A stretch of DNA of 64,000 bases from Deltaproteobacteria bacterium (lineage in GTDB: Bacteria; Myxococcota; Kuafuiibacteriia; Kuafuiibacteriales; Kuafuiibacteriaceae). A model generated the notes under the pieces. That model made no database searches and was not told the DNA's origin. It saw only the letters and a program-made list of their open reading frames with translations. Where the stretch lies: NCBI GenBank assembly GCA_040218735.1, contig JAVJQW010000050.1, forward strand, positions 288,001-352,000, written 5' to 3'. A program made the position numbers and the translations under genes. Shown here piece after piece: positions 38,591 to 48,806 of this stretch; position 1 is the first letter of the stretch; the number at the start of each line of letters is the position of its first letter.

Positions 38591-39493
38591 GTGGACATCG
38601 ACAAACTCGAGCTCGCCTTCGACCCGGAGTCGCTCCGGGTCCTGGAGATCATCCTCGGGCTCGTGATGTTCGGCGTCGCGCTGAACCTGCGCGTCGAAGA
38701 CTTCGTCCGGATCTTGCGTCGGCCCCGTGCGCCGCTCGTGGGCGTGCTCGCGCAGTTCGTGTTGCTCCCCGGCGTGACGTTCGGCGCGACGTTGCTCCTG
38801 GACGTCCCCGCGAGCATCGCGCTCGGGATGATCATGGTCGCGGCCTGCCCCGGCGGGAACGTGTCGAACTTCATCACGCACTACGGGCGCGGCGACACCG
38901 CGACGAGTGTGTCGATGACGGCGATCTCCACGACCGCGGCGATCGTGATGATGCCGCTGAACTTCGAGCTGTGGGGCGGCCTGCACCCGACCGGGTCGGC
39001 GCTGCTGTCCGAGATCGCGCTGTCACCGTGGACGATGTTGCGCGGCGTCTTCATCTTGCTCGGCGTCCCGCTCGTGACGGGGATGCTCGTCGCGCGGTTC
39101 TTCCCGCGGGTCGCGAAGAAGCTCGAGCGGCCGTTTTCGATCCTGTCGCTCGCGTTCTTCGCGGTGTTCGTGATCGTCGCGTTCATCAACAACCGCCACG
39201 TGTTCCTGGAGGCGATCGGCTACGTGCTCGTTCCGGTGTTCGTGATGAACGCGCTGGCGCTGTCCGTCGGCTACGGTATGGCGAAGCTCGCGCGGCTGTC
39301 GGTGCCGGAGTGCCGCGCGGTGAGCGTGGAGGTCGGCATCCAGAACTCCGGGCTCGCGCTGGTGCTGATCTTCGCGTTCTTCGGCGGGCGCGGCGGCCTC
39401 GCGGCGGTCGCGGCCTGGTGGGGCATCTGGCACATCCTCGCCGGCCTCACGGTCGCAACGGTATGGCGCCGACGCGATCGAGCGAGGGCGTGA
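38591..39493 (+). CDS. Bile acid:sodium symporter (BASS) family transporter
   Basis: MFGVAL, AQFVLLP, CPGGNVSN, EVGIQNSGLA. Confidence 0.93.
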   Translation: MDIDKLELAFDPESLRVLEIILGLVMFGVALNLRVEDFVRILRRPRAPLVGVLAQFVLLPGVTFGATLLLDVPASIALGMIMVAACPGGNVSNFITHYGRGDTATSVSMTAISTTAAIVMMPLNFELWGGLHPTGSALLSEIALSPWTMLRGVFILLGVPLVTGMLVARFFPRVAKKLERPFSILSLAFFAVFVIVAFINNRHVFLEAIGYVLVPVFVMNALALSVGYGMAKLARLSVPECRAVSVEVGIQNSGLALVLIFAFFGGRGGLAAVAAWWGIWHILAGLTVATVWRRRDRARA

Positions 39494-39972
39494 TGGAGAT
39501 TCGACCGGAGGAGCCGACCGACTTCGACGCGATCGACGCGGTGGTGGCGGCGGCGTTCGGCCAGCGCGACGAAGCCGACCTCGTGAAGCGGCTGCGCGCG
39601 CTCAACGCGTACCGGGCCTTCGTCGCGGTCGACGGTGACGTCGTCGGGCACATCGCATTCACGCAAGTCGCGCTCGACCCGGAGGTCGGCCTGGTGTTGA
39701 TGGGGCTCGCTCCGCTGTCGGTGCGCCCCGACGCGCAGCGACAAGGCGTCGGCACCGCGCTCACCCAGCACGGCCTCACGTCGCTACGCGGTGTGGCCGA
39801 CGCCTGCGTGGTGCTCGGGAGCCCGGCGTACTACCCGCGCTTCGGTTTCGCGGCGCGCGACGGCCTGACGTGTGTGTACGACGTGACGCCCGAGCACTTC
39901 ATGGCGGTGGAGCTTCGGCCCGGCGCGCTCGCGGGTGTGCGCGGCGTCGTTCAGTACGACCCGGTCTTCTGA
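39493..39972 (+). CDS. GNAT N-acetyltransferase (YhbS-like)
   Basis: IRPE, EADLVKRLR, LAPLSVRPDAQRQGVG, VLGSPAYYPRFGF. Confidence 0.92.
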   Translation: MEIRPEEPTDFDAIDAVVAAAFGQRDEADLVKRLRALNAYRAFVAVDGDVVGHIAFTQVALDPEVGLVLMGLAPLSVRPDAQRQGVGTALTQHGLTSLRGVADACVVLGSPAYYPRFGFAARDGLTCVYDVTPEHFMAVELRPGALAGVRGVVQYDPVF

Positions 39973-39973
39973 C

Positions 39974-40642
39974 TCAGAGCGCGTGCTCGAAGAGCAACGC
40001 GACGGGGAGCCCGAGGCCGGCGACGACACCCGCGACGGTCCCGACGAGGTGTGCCTTCCGATCCGTGTTGCCGTGCCCGGCGATGACGTGCAGGAGCGCG
40101 CCGCCGAGGAGCGCTTCGAACGCCGCGAGCGGGAGCGCGTCGATGGCGACGTGCGCCATGCCGAAGAAGCCGACGAGGGTGGCGATGGCCAGCGCGACGA
40201 GCGCCAGCGCTGCGCTGCGCGGACCGAAGCGCGGCTTCAAGAGCCACCACACGAGGACACTCGCGGGGATGCGGTGCAGGACGATGGCGACGGAGAGCGC
40301 CTCCTCGCCGTGGGCGATGCCGGCGCCGTCCATGGTCGCGTGCGCAGCGACGGCGAAGAGCCCGACGCCAACGACCCAGCCTTCGCTCCGCGAGTGGGCG
40401 AAGCGGTGGAGCGCGTACGGGAGCAGGAGGCCGACGAGGAACGCGACCACGGCCCAGACCCCGGCGGCAGGGAAGACCCGAGGCAGCACGTGGAGCACCA
40501 CGAGGCCCCCTACGCTGCCCAGGACGAAGCCGTCGAGGAGCGAGCGCGCCCGGGGGGAGCCGTCGAGGGCGCGGTACAGGAGCGGGCCGAGGGCGAGCGC
40601 GCCGACGCTCAGCGCCAACGCGAAGGCTTGCTCCTTCGGCAC
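39974..40642 (-). CDS. ZIP-like metal-transport membrane protein
   Basis: Multiple TMs; HVLP, HATMDG, IVLHRIP, G.LLHV. Confidence 0.65.
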   Translation of the reverse strand: MPKEQAFALALSVGALALGPLLYRALDGSPRARSLLDGFVLGSVGGLVVLHVLPRVFPAAGVWAVVAFLVGLLLPYALHRFAHSRSEGWVVGVGLFAVAAHATMDGAGIAHGEEALSVAIVLHRIPASVLVWWLLKPRFGPRSAALALVALAIATLVGFFGMAHVAIDALPLAAFEALLGGALLHVIAGHGNTDRKAHLVGTVAGVVAGLGLPVALLFEHAL

Positions 40643-40827
40643 GTCGTATCGAGTCCTACCGATGCAGCGGTTAGGCAACGACAATTCAGGGACTTGCGGC
40701 GCGCTGCGCCCAGGGTGGGACATCCGCGCTAAAAGTAAGTGATAGTGCGCAACCAGGATACCACGCGGTCGATAACGATCTTCGTACGGGGCGCCCGAGG
40801 GACGCGCCCCGCCAAGGGGAAATCAAG

Positions 40828-41229
40828 ATGACCAGTATCGATATTCGCGCGTTCGCGCAGCAGGCGCTCGAAGCGTCCAACCTCGACCACAACGACTACA
40901 AGGCGTTCTCGGGCTGGAACCCCAGCATCGCGCTCGGCCAGCAGTACACGTTCGGCGCGACCGAAGCGAAGGAGCTTCGCTACGAGATCGATCGCACGGG
41001 CTGGTTCCAGGACCCCATGCTGCCGGACTCACCGCCCTCCGACCTGCGCGGCGCCGTCCTCTCGACGTTCCAGAGACTGACCACGCCGGAGGCCGCGCGC
41101 GAGATGCCGAAGGGGTCGGTCCGGCTGACGAAGGCGGCCGCCGACATCCTGAACAACTACGCGAAGGACCTCGGCGCCGAAGTGCACTTCGAGGCGCATC
41201 AGCAGCGCCCGAACCACCCGGTGGGCTGA
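40828..41229 (+). CDS. Hypothetical protein
   Basis: AAGGGG RBS-like site, GC3-biased codons. Confidence 0.7.
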   Translation: MTSIDIRAFAQQALEASNLDHNDYKAFSGWNPSIALGQQYTFGATEAKELRYEIDRTGWFQDPMLPDSPPSDLRGAVLSTFQRLTTPEAAREMPKGSVRLTKAAADILNNYAKDLGAEVHFEAHQQRPNHPVG

Positions 41230-41232
41230 ACG

Positions 41233-41418
41233 ATGAACGATCGGGAGAAGAAGTTCGTCGACGAGGCGGTCAAGAACCTCCTCGCGAAGCTCGGCAAGGT
41301 CGAAGACGCACCGGCCGCGACGCCGGCACGACGCCCGGCTTCGTCGGACGGGTTCACGCGTTCGTCGGTCTCGTGGATGGAGCGGCTCAACGGTCGCTCG
41401 ACGCGGAAGGCCGGATGA
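41233..41418 (+). CDS. Small hypothetical protein (61 aa)
   Basis: 3 nt after upstream stop; ATGA overlap with downstream gene. Confidence 0.6.
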   Translation: MNDREKKFVDEAVKNLLAKLGKVEDAPAATPARRPASSDGFTRSSVSWMERLNGRSTRKAG

Positions 41419-42212
41419 AGACGCTGCCGCTCGGGTCGGGTGCGCCGGGGTTCTCGAAGCTCCGTCGTCGGCTCGAGGGGCAGCCGCTCGCGCCCGACGT
41501 CGGGGCAGAGGCGCTGCCTTCGTGTGAAGAAGCCCGGCGCTTCTGGAGCGAGCGCGCGTGGAGCGAAGCAGCGGCGGTGCCCGCGATCTCGCAGCTGTCG
41601 CTCGCGATGATGCGCGAGCGCTTCGAGCTCGACGTGTTGGGCGCGCTGACGCGCATCGCGAGCGACGAGGTCCGACACACCGAGCTGTCGCGCGACCTGG
41701 CGAACGGGCTCGGCGGCTACACCGAGGACATCCCGCCCGAGGTGCCGTACGAACCGGCGCGACTCGCGGAGATCGAGGCGTGCGGCGCGGCGAGCTGGGT
41801 GTTGTCGATCGCGGTGAGCGAGACGGTGTCGGCGGCGCTGATGCAAGCTCGCTTGCGCTACACGACGCACCCCGCGGTGCGTGACACGCTCCAACGCATC
41901 TACGACGACGAGAAGGCGCACGCCGCAACCGCGTGGCTGATCTGCCAGAACCTCGTGCCGCTCGTGGCGCAGTCGGAGCGCGACGCGCTCGCGGAGCAGG
42001 CGCTCGAGATCTTCGAGGCGATCGGCCAGACGTTCATCACCGCCGGCCTCCCGACGCTCGAGAGGGCGCAGGCGCGACGCGTCCGGAAGGTGACCGCGGA
42101 GCGCGGCCTCGGCGCGATGCCGCCGGACGAGGCGGACCAGCTGGTGATGCGCGTGGTGACACAGACTGTGGCGCCGCGACTTCGCCGCGCCCAGATTCCG
42201 GTCCAGATCTAG
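41415..42212 (+). CDS. Ferritin-like diiron-carboxylate protein
   Basis: E..DEVRH..E..DEKAH duplicated ExxH pattern. Confidence 0.8.
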   Translation: MKTLPLGSGAPGFSKLRRRLEGQPLAPDVGAEALPSCEEARRFWSERAWSEAAAVPAISQLSLAMMRERFELDVLGALTRIASDEVRHTELSRDLANGLGGYTEDIPPEVPYEPARLAEIEACGAASWVLSIAVSETVSAALMQARLRYTTHPAVRDTLQRIYDDEKAHAATAWLICQNLVPLVAQSERDALAEQALEIFEAIGQTFITAGLPTLERAQARRVRKVTAERGLGAMPPDEADQLVMRVVTQTVAPRLRRAQIPVQI

Positions 42213-42234
42213 TGACCGTCGATCGCGGGCGACG

Positions 42235-44520
42235 TCAGGCGTCCGCGACGACCTGATGGCTGGGCGGCAGCGGTCGACCGTCGGCGGCGATCCGCGTCAG
42301 CCCGAGCGACTTGCCCGCGACCCACGTACGCCGGAGGACGCGGTACGTCTCGCGCGGCATCCCCTCGGGGAGCTCGACCGTTGTGTACTGGTCGTGGATC
42401 CGGATCGCGCCGATCGTGTGGCCCGGGATGCCGGCCTCGTTGCTGATCGCGCCTACGATGTTCTTCGGCTGCACGCCGTCCTCGGCGCCGACGTCGAGGC
42501 GGTAGTTGTCCATGCCCGAGGCGGACACCTGCGGAGCGGCGCGTCGCTTCGGCGGCGCCCCCCCATCCATCGGCCGCGCGTTGTCGCGGCCCACCCGCGG
42601 CGCGTCGCCACGGTCGCGCCACGAAGCCCGGTGGTCGCCGTTGGCGCGGGCGTCGCCGCGGTCGCGCCGCGAGCGGTCGTCGCGGTGTTCCCCGTTCACG
42701 CGGGCGTCGCCGCGGTCGCGCCACGATCGGTCGTCGCGGTGTTCGGCGTCGCCGCGGTCGCGCCGCGAGCGGTCGTCGCGGTGTTCGCCGTTCACGCGGG
42801 CGTCGCCGCGGTCGCGCCACGATCGGTCGCTTCGGTGTTCGCCGTTCACGCGGGCGTCGCCGCGGTCGCGCCACGATCGGTCGCTTCGGTGTTCGCCGTT
42901 GGCCTGCGAAGCGCCGTTGCGATCGCGCCACGACTGGTGTTCGCCGTTGGTCTGCGACGCGCCGTCGCGATCGCGCCACGACCGGTTCGTGCGGTCGGCC
43001 CGCGGCTGCGACGCGTCGCCGCGGTCGCGCCAGGACCGCTGGTCGCCGTGCTGCCCGGCATCTTGCGCGCGCCCCGGACGGTCACGCCGCGCGCCGCGCG
43101 TGTCCTCGGCGCCGCCGTCACGGTCGCGCCGACGCCCCGGCATCTCGCCGTTCCGGTCGCGCCCTCGCGCGTCGCCGGCGGCGCGGGGTGCCCGCCCGTC
43201 GAGTGGTCGGTCGCCGAGGGCCATCTGCGCGAGCGCCGCCGCAACCTTGGCGAGCGGCGTGCCCGACGCCTCGGCGTACTGCGTGACGAGACACTCCACG
43301 GACGCGAGGTCCGCCCCGCGGACCCGGGCTTCGACCTGCTCGAGCAGGCGCGCCGTGCGCTTCGCCTCGACCTCGGCCGGGCTCGGCGGCGGCACCACTT
43401 CGATCGGCTGCCCCGTCGCGCGCTCGATGCGGCGCAGCCGCGAGCGCTGCGCCTTAGTGAGGAACAGGATCGCCTCTCCGGCGCGGCCCGCGCGGCCCGT
43501 GCGTCCGACGCGATGGATGTACGACTGCGTGTCGCGCGGCGCATCGAAGTTGAAGACGTGGCTGACACGCGCGACGTCGAGTCCGCGCGCCGCGACGTCC
43601 GTCGCGGTGAGCACGTCGAGCGCGCCCGACTTGAGCTTGTCGATGGTGCGTTCGCGTGCGCGCTGCGGCATGTCGCCGTTGAGCGCGGTCGCCGCGACGC
43701 CTTCACGACGGAGCGCCTCGGCGAGGTTCGCGGTGGCGTCCTTGGTACGCGTGAACACGATGACGCCGTCGGTGTCCTCGGTCTGGAGGAGACGCAGGAG
43801 GACGTCGGTCTTCGCACGCTCGTGGACGAACACCGCGCGCTGGCGAATCGAGTCCGCGGTCATCGTCTCCGCCTCGATGCGAATCTGCTCGGGCTCGTTC
43901 TGGTAGCGCTGCGCGATGCGGCGAATCGCGCCGGGCATCGTCGCCGAGAACAACGCGATCTGCCGCGGCTCCGGGACGCCGGCGAGCACGCGTTCGACGT
44001 CTTCGATGAACCCCATCGCCAACATCTCGTCGGCCTCGTCGAGCACGACGGTGGAGATCTGCGACAGGTCGAGCGCCTTGCGCTCGATGAGATCGATCAA
44101 GCGCCCCGGCGTACCGACGACGACGTGCACGCCGCGACGGAGCGCGTCGAGCTGCACACGGTAGTCCTGCCCGCCGTAGATCGTCGTGACGGCGAAGCCC
44201 GCGAGGTCGCGCCCGTAGGTCGCGAACGACTTCGACACCTGAATCGCGAGCTCCCGCGTCGGCGCCAGCACGAGGACCTGCGGCACCCGGCGCTCGAGGT
44301 CGAGCTTCGAGAGGATGGGCAACGCAAACGCGGCCGTCTTCCCCGTGCCGGTCTGCGACTGCGCGAGCACGTCGCGCCCCTCGGCGAGCAGCGGGATGAT
44401 CTGCGCCTGCACATCGGTGGGCGCGTCGTAGCCGGCGCGACGCACGGCCTTCAGGACTCGGGGATGGATCGGTAGGTCAGCGAACGCCGTGGGCGTTCGG
44501 GTGTCGGGCGCTTCGTTCAC
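42235..44520 (-). CDS. deaD: DEAD-box RNA helicase, DeaD/CsdA-like, with DbpA RNA-binding domain
   Basis: QTGTGKT, PTRELA, DEAD, SAT, ARGLD, HRVGRTGRAG; C-terminal YRLDVG..DGVQPKNIVGAI.NEAG. Confidence 0.92.
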   Translation of the reverse strand: MNEAPDTRTPTAFADLPIHPRVLKAVRRAGYDAPTDVQAQIIPLLAEGRDVLAQSQTGTGKTAAFALPILSKLDLERRVPQVLVLAPTRELAIQVSKSFATYGRDLAGFAVTTIYGGQDYRVQLDALRRGVHVVVGTPGRLIDLIERKALDLSQISTVVLDEADEMLAMGFIEDVERVLAGVPEPRQIALFSATMPGAIRRIAQRYQNEPEQIRIEAETMTADSIRQRAVFVHERAKTDVLLRLLQTEDTDGVIVFTRTKDATANLAEALRREGVAATALNGDMPQRARERTIDKLKSGALDVLTATDVAARGLDVARVSHVFNFDAPRDTQSYIHRVGRTGRAGRAGEAILFLTKAQRSRLRRIERATGQPIEVVPPPSPAEVEAKRTARLLEQVEARVRGADLASVECLVTQYAEASGTPLAKVAAALAQMALGDRPLDGRAPRAAGDARGRDRNGEMPGRRRDRDGGAEDTRGARRDRPGRAQDAGQHGDQRSWRDRGDASQPRADRTNRSWRDRDGASQTNGEHQSWRDRNGASQANGEHRSDRSWRDRGDARVNGEHRSDRSWRDRGDARVNGEHRDDRSRRDRGDAEHRDDRSWRDRGDARVNGEHRDDRSRRDRGDARANGDHRASWRDRGDAPRVGRDNARPMDGGAPPKRRAAPQVSASGMDNYRLDVGAEDGVQPKNIVGAISNEAGIPGHTIGAIRIHDQYTTVELPEGMPRETYRVLRRTWVAGKSLGLTRIAADGRPLPPSHQVVADA
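42595..43040 (-). repeat. Coding tandem repeat (~54-bp / 18-aa unit, ~9 degenerate copies) inside the helicase
   Basis: RS[WR]RDRGDARVNGEH units; exact 54-bp duplication at 42781-42888. Confidence 0.88.
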
Positions 44521-44576
44521 GTGTGGGGAAAGGGGTGAGGGATGCGGCCGGGCTTGTCGAGGAGAATCGGCGCCGG

Positions 44577-45506
44577 TCAGATCGGCGCGAGCCGCCCGAG
44601 GCGAAACACCGGCAGCTCGAGCTGGGCGCGCGCGACCTCGCGGCGGGCGCGGAACTCGTGGATCTCGTACGCGCGCGGCTGCTCGCGGAGCGCGGCGACG
44701 AGCTGCGTGTTGAGCGCGTGGCCGCCCTTGTACGCGACGTAGCGGCCGATGATGGGCAGCCCCAGGAGGGCCAGGTCGCCCACCGCGTCGAGCATCTTGT
44801 GACGCACGAACTCGTCGGGGAAACGCAGCCCCTCAGGGTTTTGGACGGAGTAGTCGTCGACGACCACCGCGTTGTCGAGCGAGCCGCCCCGGGCGAGGCC
44901 CGCGGCGTGCATCTTCTCGACGTCCTTCGCGAACCCGAAGGTGCGCGCCGGCGCGAGCTCGCGGAGGAATGCGGTGTCGGACATCGCCAGCTCGTAGGTC
45001 TGGCGGTTCACGATCGGGTGGTCGAAGTCGATCGTGGCGCGGAGCGAAAAGCAGGCCGCGGGCTCGAGGCGCGCGAACTTGTCGCCGTCGCCGACCATCA
45101 CGGTCTTGGTCACCACCAAAAAGCGCTTCGGCTTACGCTGGGCGACCGTCCCGCCGGCCTCGCGGATGAGGTCCACGAAGCGCGCCGCGGAACCGTCGAG
45201 GATCGGGATCTCGGGGCCGTCGACCTCGACGCGGGCGTTATCGATGCCGAGGCCGGAGAGCGCCGCGATCAGGTGCTCGACGGTCTGGACGGAGACCCCG
45301 TCCTTCCCGAGCGACGTCGCCAGGACCGTGTGGACCACGTGATCCGTGGTCGCGGGTATCTCGACCGGGGGATGAAGATCGCTCCGGACGAACACGAGGC
45401 CGGTGTCCGGGGCGGCGGGGAGGATTCGAAACGTCGCGAGCTCGCCGCTGTGGAGGCCTACACCTTCACCGCGGACCGTCGACCTGACCGTGCGCTGATA
45501 CAACAT
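44577..45506 (-). CDS. lpxC: UDP-3-O-acyl-N-acetylglucosamine deacetylase
   Basis: GVGLHSG, TVEHL, PILDGSA, APARTFGF, RHKMLDAVGDL, GGH. Confidence 0.97.
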   Translation of the reverse strand: MLYQRTVRSTVRGEGVGLHSGELATFRILPAAPDTGLVFVRSDLHPPVEIPATTDHVVHTVLATSLGKDGVSVQTVEHLIAALSGLGIDNARVEVDGPEIPILDGSAARFVDLIREAGGTVAQRKPKRFLVVTKTVMVGDGDKFARLEPAACFSLRATIDFDHPIVNRQTYELAMSDTAFLRELAPARTFGFAKDVEKMHAAGLARGGSLDNAVVVDDYSVQNPEGLRFPDEFVRHKMLDAVGDLALLGLPIIGRYVAYKGGHALNTQLVAALREQPRAYEIHEFRARREVARAQLELPVFRLGRLAPI

Positions 45507-45552
45507 GATGTGCGGTACGCCCTACGTGCCCTCGGACTCGGCTGTGGCGATG

Positions 45553-45568
45553 AGCAACAACCAAGCCA
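45553..45568 (-). promoter_or_regulatory. Putative sigma54 promoter of lpxC
   Basis: TGGCTTG-GTTG-TTGCT with GG/GC at the correct spacing, 46 nt upstream of ATG. Confidence 0.65.
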
Positions 45569-45764
45569 CGGTCGGGCAAGGTCCCGAAACGTCTGACCCC
45601 GCCACGTTACGCGGTGCGTAAGTGAATCACCTTCGGACACCCATGTCGCAAAAAGGATACGGTGTGCCGAAAGAACAACGGTCGGAGGCCCGAAACCGCG
45701 GTGTGGGTGCCATGAGACCGGTCGGCAGGCAACCCCTAACTATCGAAAATTCGAGACGCTTCGG

Positions 45765-46796
45765 TCAGAGGAGCTTGCGCTGGTTCAACGTCTTGCCGAG
45801 GTGGGTGTAGGCCCGCTCGGTCGCAACCCGACCCCGCGGCGTCCGCTTCAGGAACCCCTGTAGGATGAGGTACGGCTCGTAGACGTCCTCCAGGGTATCC
45901 CGCTCCTCACCCACGCTCGCCGCCAACGTATCGAGGCCGACGGGCCCCCCGTCGAAGCGGTCGATGATCGCCAGCAGCAGCCGCCGGTCCATCAGGTCGA
46001 ACCCCTTCTCGTCGATCTCCAGCGCGGCGAGCGCCTTGTCGGCGATGGGCTTCGTGATGCGCCCTTCGCCCAGCACCTCCGCGAAGTCGCGCAGGCGGCG
46101 CAACAGCCGGTTCGCGATACGCGGCGTCCCTCGGGAGCGACACGCGATCTCGTGGGCTCCTTCGGGCTCCAGCTCTACGCCGAGCCGCGCCGCGGAGCCG
46201 GTGACGATCTGCTCGAGCTCGTCGGGCGCGTAGAACTGCAGCTGCGCGACGTACCCAAAGCGGTCCCGCAGCGGGTTCGACAGCAACCCCGCGCGGGTCG
46301 TCGCCCCCGCGAGCGTGAAGCGCGGGAGCGGCAACGTCATCGTGCGGGCGTGCGGTCCGTCGCCGATCACGACGTCGAACCGGTACTCCTCCATCGCCGG
46401 ATAGAGGTTCTCCTCCACGGCCGGGGTGAGGCGGTGGATCTCGTCGATGAAGAGAACGTCGTGCGGCTCGAGGCTCGTCAATATGCCCGCGAGATCGCCC
46501 TTCTTCTCGAGCGCGGGGCCCGAGGTGACGTGCAGCTTCACGCCCATCTCGACCGCGATGATGTTCGCCAGCGACGTCTTCCCGAGGCCCGGCGGTCCCG
46601 CGAACAGGAGGTGATCGACCGGCTCGCTGCGCCCCTTGGCCGCCTCCACGAACACCTTCAGGTTCGCAGTGATCTTCTTCTGCCCGACGTACTCCTCGAA
46701 CGAACGCGGCCGCAGCGCGGCGTCGATCGGCGGATCGCCCGGACGCGCCTGCCCGCTGGTCTCGCGGCCTCGATCCTCGTCTTCCTTACGGCTCAT
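45765..46796 (-). CDS. ruvB: Holliday junction branch migration helicase RuvB
   Basis: [38 protein letters not shown]. Confidence 0.98.
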   Translation of the reverse strand: MSRKEDEDRGRETSGQARPGDPPIDAALRPRSFEEYVGQKKITANLKVFVEAAKGRSEPVDHLLFAGPPGLGKTSLANIIAVEMGVKLHVTSGPALEKKGDLAGILTSLEPHDVLFIDEIHRLTPAVEENLYPAMEEYRFDVVIGDGPHARTMTLPLPRFTLAGATTRAGLLSNPLRDRFGYVAQLQFYAPDELEQIVTGSAARLGVELEPEGAHEIACRSRGTPRIANRLLRRLRDFAEVLGEGRITKPIADKALAALEIDEKGFDLMDRRLLLAIIDRFDGGPVGLDTLAASVGEERDTLEDVYEPYLILQGFLKRTPRGRVATERAYTHLGKTLNQRKLL

Positions 46797-46870
46797 CTCG
46801 ACTCGAACCCGCGGTCACCCGAACGGATGCTCAGCGTTGTGGCACGCGACCTTTCGCGTCGGCAACCCCA

Positions 46871-47467
46871 TCAACGCCCCTTGCTCAGCGCGTCCTTCAG
46901 CAACACCTCGAGCGACGCGTCCTCGCCCTTGCGCCCGATCGCCGCCGCCGCCGTCTCCTCCGCCACCGCCTCGCGGTAGCCAAGGTTCACCAGGGCGCTG
47001 ACGAGGTCCTTGCCCACCGCGCTCGCGGGGAGGTTCGACGGGCTCGGGTCCGACGAAGGCGCGAGCGACGGCGAGAGCGCCTGCAGCTTGTCGTACAGGT
47101 CGATCAGGATCCGCTCCGCGGTCTTCTTCCCCACACCCGGCAGCTTCGACAGTCGCGCGGGCTCCCGCCGCAGGACGAGCTCGATGAAGTCCGCGACCGG
47201 CGTCTGCAGGATCGCCATCGCCTTCACCGGCCCGACGCTCTGCACGCCGATCAGGTAGTTGAACACCTCGCGCTCGATCGCGTCCGCGAAGCCGAAGAGC
47301 TGAATCGCGTCGTCGCGCACGTTTGTATGGATGAAGACGTCGACGCGCTCGCCGATTCGGTACGGGCACTGCGCCGTGACGTGGACCTGGTAGCCAACGC
47401 CGTTGACGTCCACGAGGATCGACGTCGCCGAGCGGTCGATCACCTCGCCACGCAGCCGCCCGATCAT
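46871..47467 (-). CDS. ruvA: Holliday junction branch migration protein RuvA
   Basis: MIGRLRG, VNGVGY, LFGF, PGVGKKTAERI, ALVNLGY. Confidence 0.96.
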   Translation of the reverse strand: MIGRLRGEVIDRSATSILVDVNGVGYQVHVTAQCPYRIGERVDVFIHTNVRDDAIQLFGFADAIEREVFNYLIGVQSVGPVKAMAILQTPVADFIELVLRREPARLSKLPGVGKKTAERILIDLYDKLQALSPSLAPSSDPSPSNLPASAVGKDLVSALVNLGYREAVAEETAAAAIGRKGEDASLEVLLKDALSKGR

Positions 47468-47958
47468 CGCGCCGCCCCCGTGGCGACCTTCCAGCGCAGC
47501 ACGGCCGTCCCCGCGATCGCGAGCGCCAACGCATCCGACGCATCCGACGGCGCCCGTGTCTTCAATCCGAGCAGCACCTTCACCATCTCCTGCACCTGCA
47601 ACTTCTCCGCGCGCCCGCTCCCGGTCACGGCCTTCTTCACCTCGGCGGGGGTGATCTCCACGATCGGGTAGCCGCCCTGCGCCGCCGCCAGCAGCGCGAC
47701 ACCACGGGCCTGCCCCAGCACCAACGCGCTCTTGGCGCTCTTCGAATGGAACACCGACTCGACGAACACATGGTCCGGCCGACGCTCCTGCAGCACCTCC
47801 TCCAACTCGCGGTGGATGGTGTGCAGCCGCAGCGGGAGCGCCTCGGACTCGGTCGCGCGGATCACGCCGGATCCGAGGTGGATCATCCGACTGCCCTCCG
47901 CCTGGACGACACCCCAACCGGTGCGTCGCGATCCCGGATCGATTCCGAAAGCGATCAT
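47464..47958 (-). CDS. ruvC: Crossover junction endodeoxyribonuclease RuvC
   Basis: GIDPG, LGQARG, VKKAVTGSG.A.K, DASDALA. Confidence 0.97.
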   Translation of the reverse strand: MIAFGIDPGSRRTGWGVVQAEGSRMIHLGSGVIRATESEALPLRLHTIHRELEEVLQERRPDHVFVESVFHSKSAKSALVLGQARGVALLAAAQGGYPIVEITPAEVKKAVTGSGRAEKLQVQEMVKVLLGLKTRAPSDASDALALAIAGTAVLRWKVATGAAR

Positions 47959-48707
47959 TCGCCGTCGAGCATATCCATGATCGCGTCCGGTATGTCGAAG
48001 TTGGACCAGACGTTCTGAATGTCGTCGTGGTCCTCGAGCCGCTCCAACAGCTTCAGCGTCGTGCGCGCGATCTCCTCGTCGCAGGTGACGCTCGTGGACG
48101 GAATCATCGTGATCTCGGCGACCGCTGGTTCGAGCCCTGCGGACTCGATCGCATCACGCACACTCAAGAAGTCGTTCGGCTCGGTGTAGACCACGATCTG
48201 ATCGTCCTCGATCTGGACGTCCTCGGCGCCGGCCTCGATCGCCGCATTCATGATCCGCTCTTCCTTGTACGTCTCGGCGTCGAAGCGAATCATCCCGCGA
48301 CGGTCGAACAGAAACGCCACCGTCCCGGTCTTGCCCAGGCCACCGCCGAGTTTGTCGAACAGGCTCCGGACCTCGGCGATCGTGCGTGTCTGATTGTCGG
48401 TCGCGACGTCCATGATGAAGGCCACGCCACCGGGCCCGTAGCCCTCGTAGACGAGCTCCTCCATCTGGCCGCCTTCGAGCTCGCCGGTCCCCTTGGCGAT
48501 CGCACGGTTGATGTTGTCGAGCGGCATCGACTGGGCCCGCGCGGCGTTGATCGCGAGCCGGAGTCGAGGGTTGCCGTCGGGATCCCCGCCCCCCAGCCGC
48601 GCGGAGACCATGATCTCCTTGGCGAGCTTGGTGAAGAGCTTGCCGCGCTTCGCGTCGACAGCCCCCTTTCTCCGCTTGATGTTGCTCCACTTGCTGTGTC
48701 CCGCCAT
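47955..48707 (-). CDS. yebC: YebC/PmpR-family protein
   Basis: MAGHSKWSNIKRRK, NPRLR, YEGYGPGG; canonical position before ruvC. Confidence 0.96.
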   Translation of the reverse strand: MAGHSKWSNIKRRKGAVDAKRGKLFTKLAKEIMVSARLGGGDPDGNPRLRLAINAARAQSMPLDNINRAIAKGTGELEGGQMEELVYEGYGPGGVAFIMDVATDNQTRTIAEVRSLFDKLGGGLGKTGTVAFLFDRRGMIRFDAETYKEERIMNAAIEAGAEDVQIEDDQIVVYTEPNDFLSVRDAIESAGLEPAVAEITMIPSTSVTCDEEIARTTLKLLERLEDHDDIQNVWSNFDIPDAIMDMLDGE

Positions 48708-48806
48708 GGAACGACGCCCTCGACCCGCGCGGATAACATACCGACCGAAAGACGAACAACGTCCGCGCGTCAGGAGGCCGGCGGTTGTGGTATCAGGGGC
48801 TTTCGA

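Noticed and set aside
40749-40775. Sigma28-like -10 element (GTCGATAA) upstream of 40828
   Set aside because: No convincing -35 element at the right spacing.
42595-43040. Repeat region considered as a CRISPR array
   Set aside because: In-frame coding repeats with no unique spacers and no cas genes.
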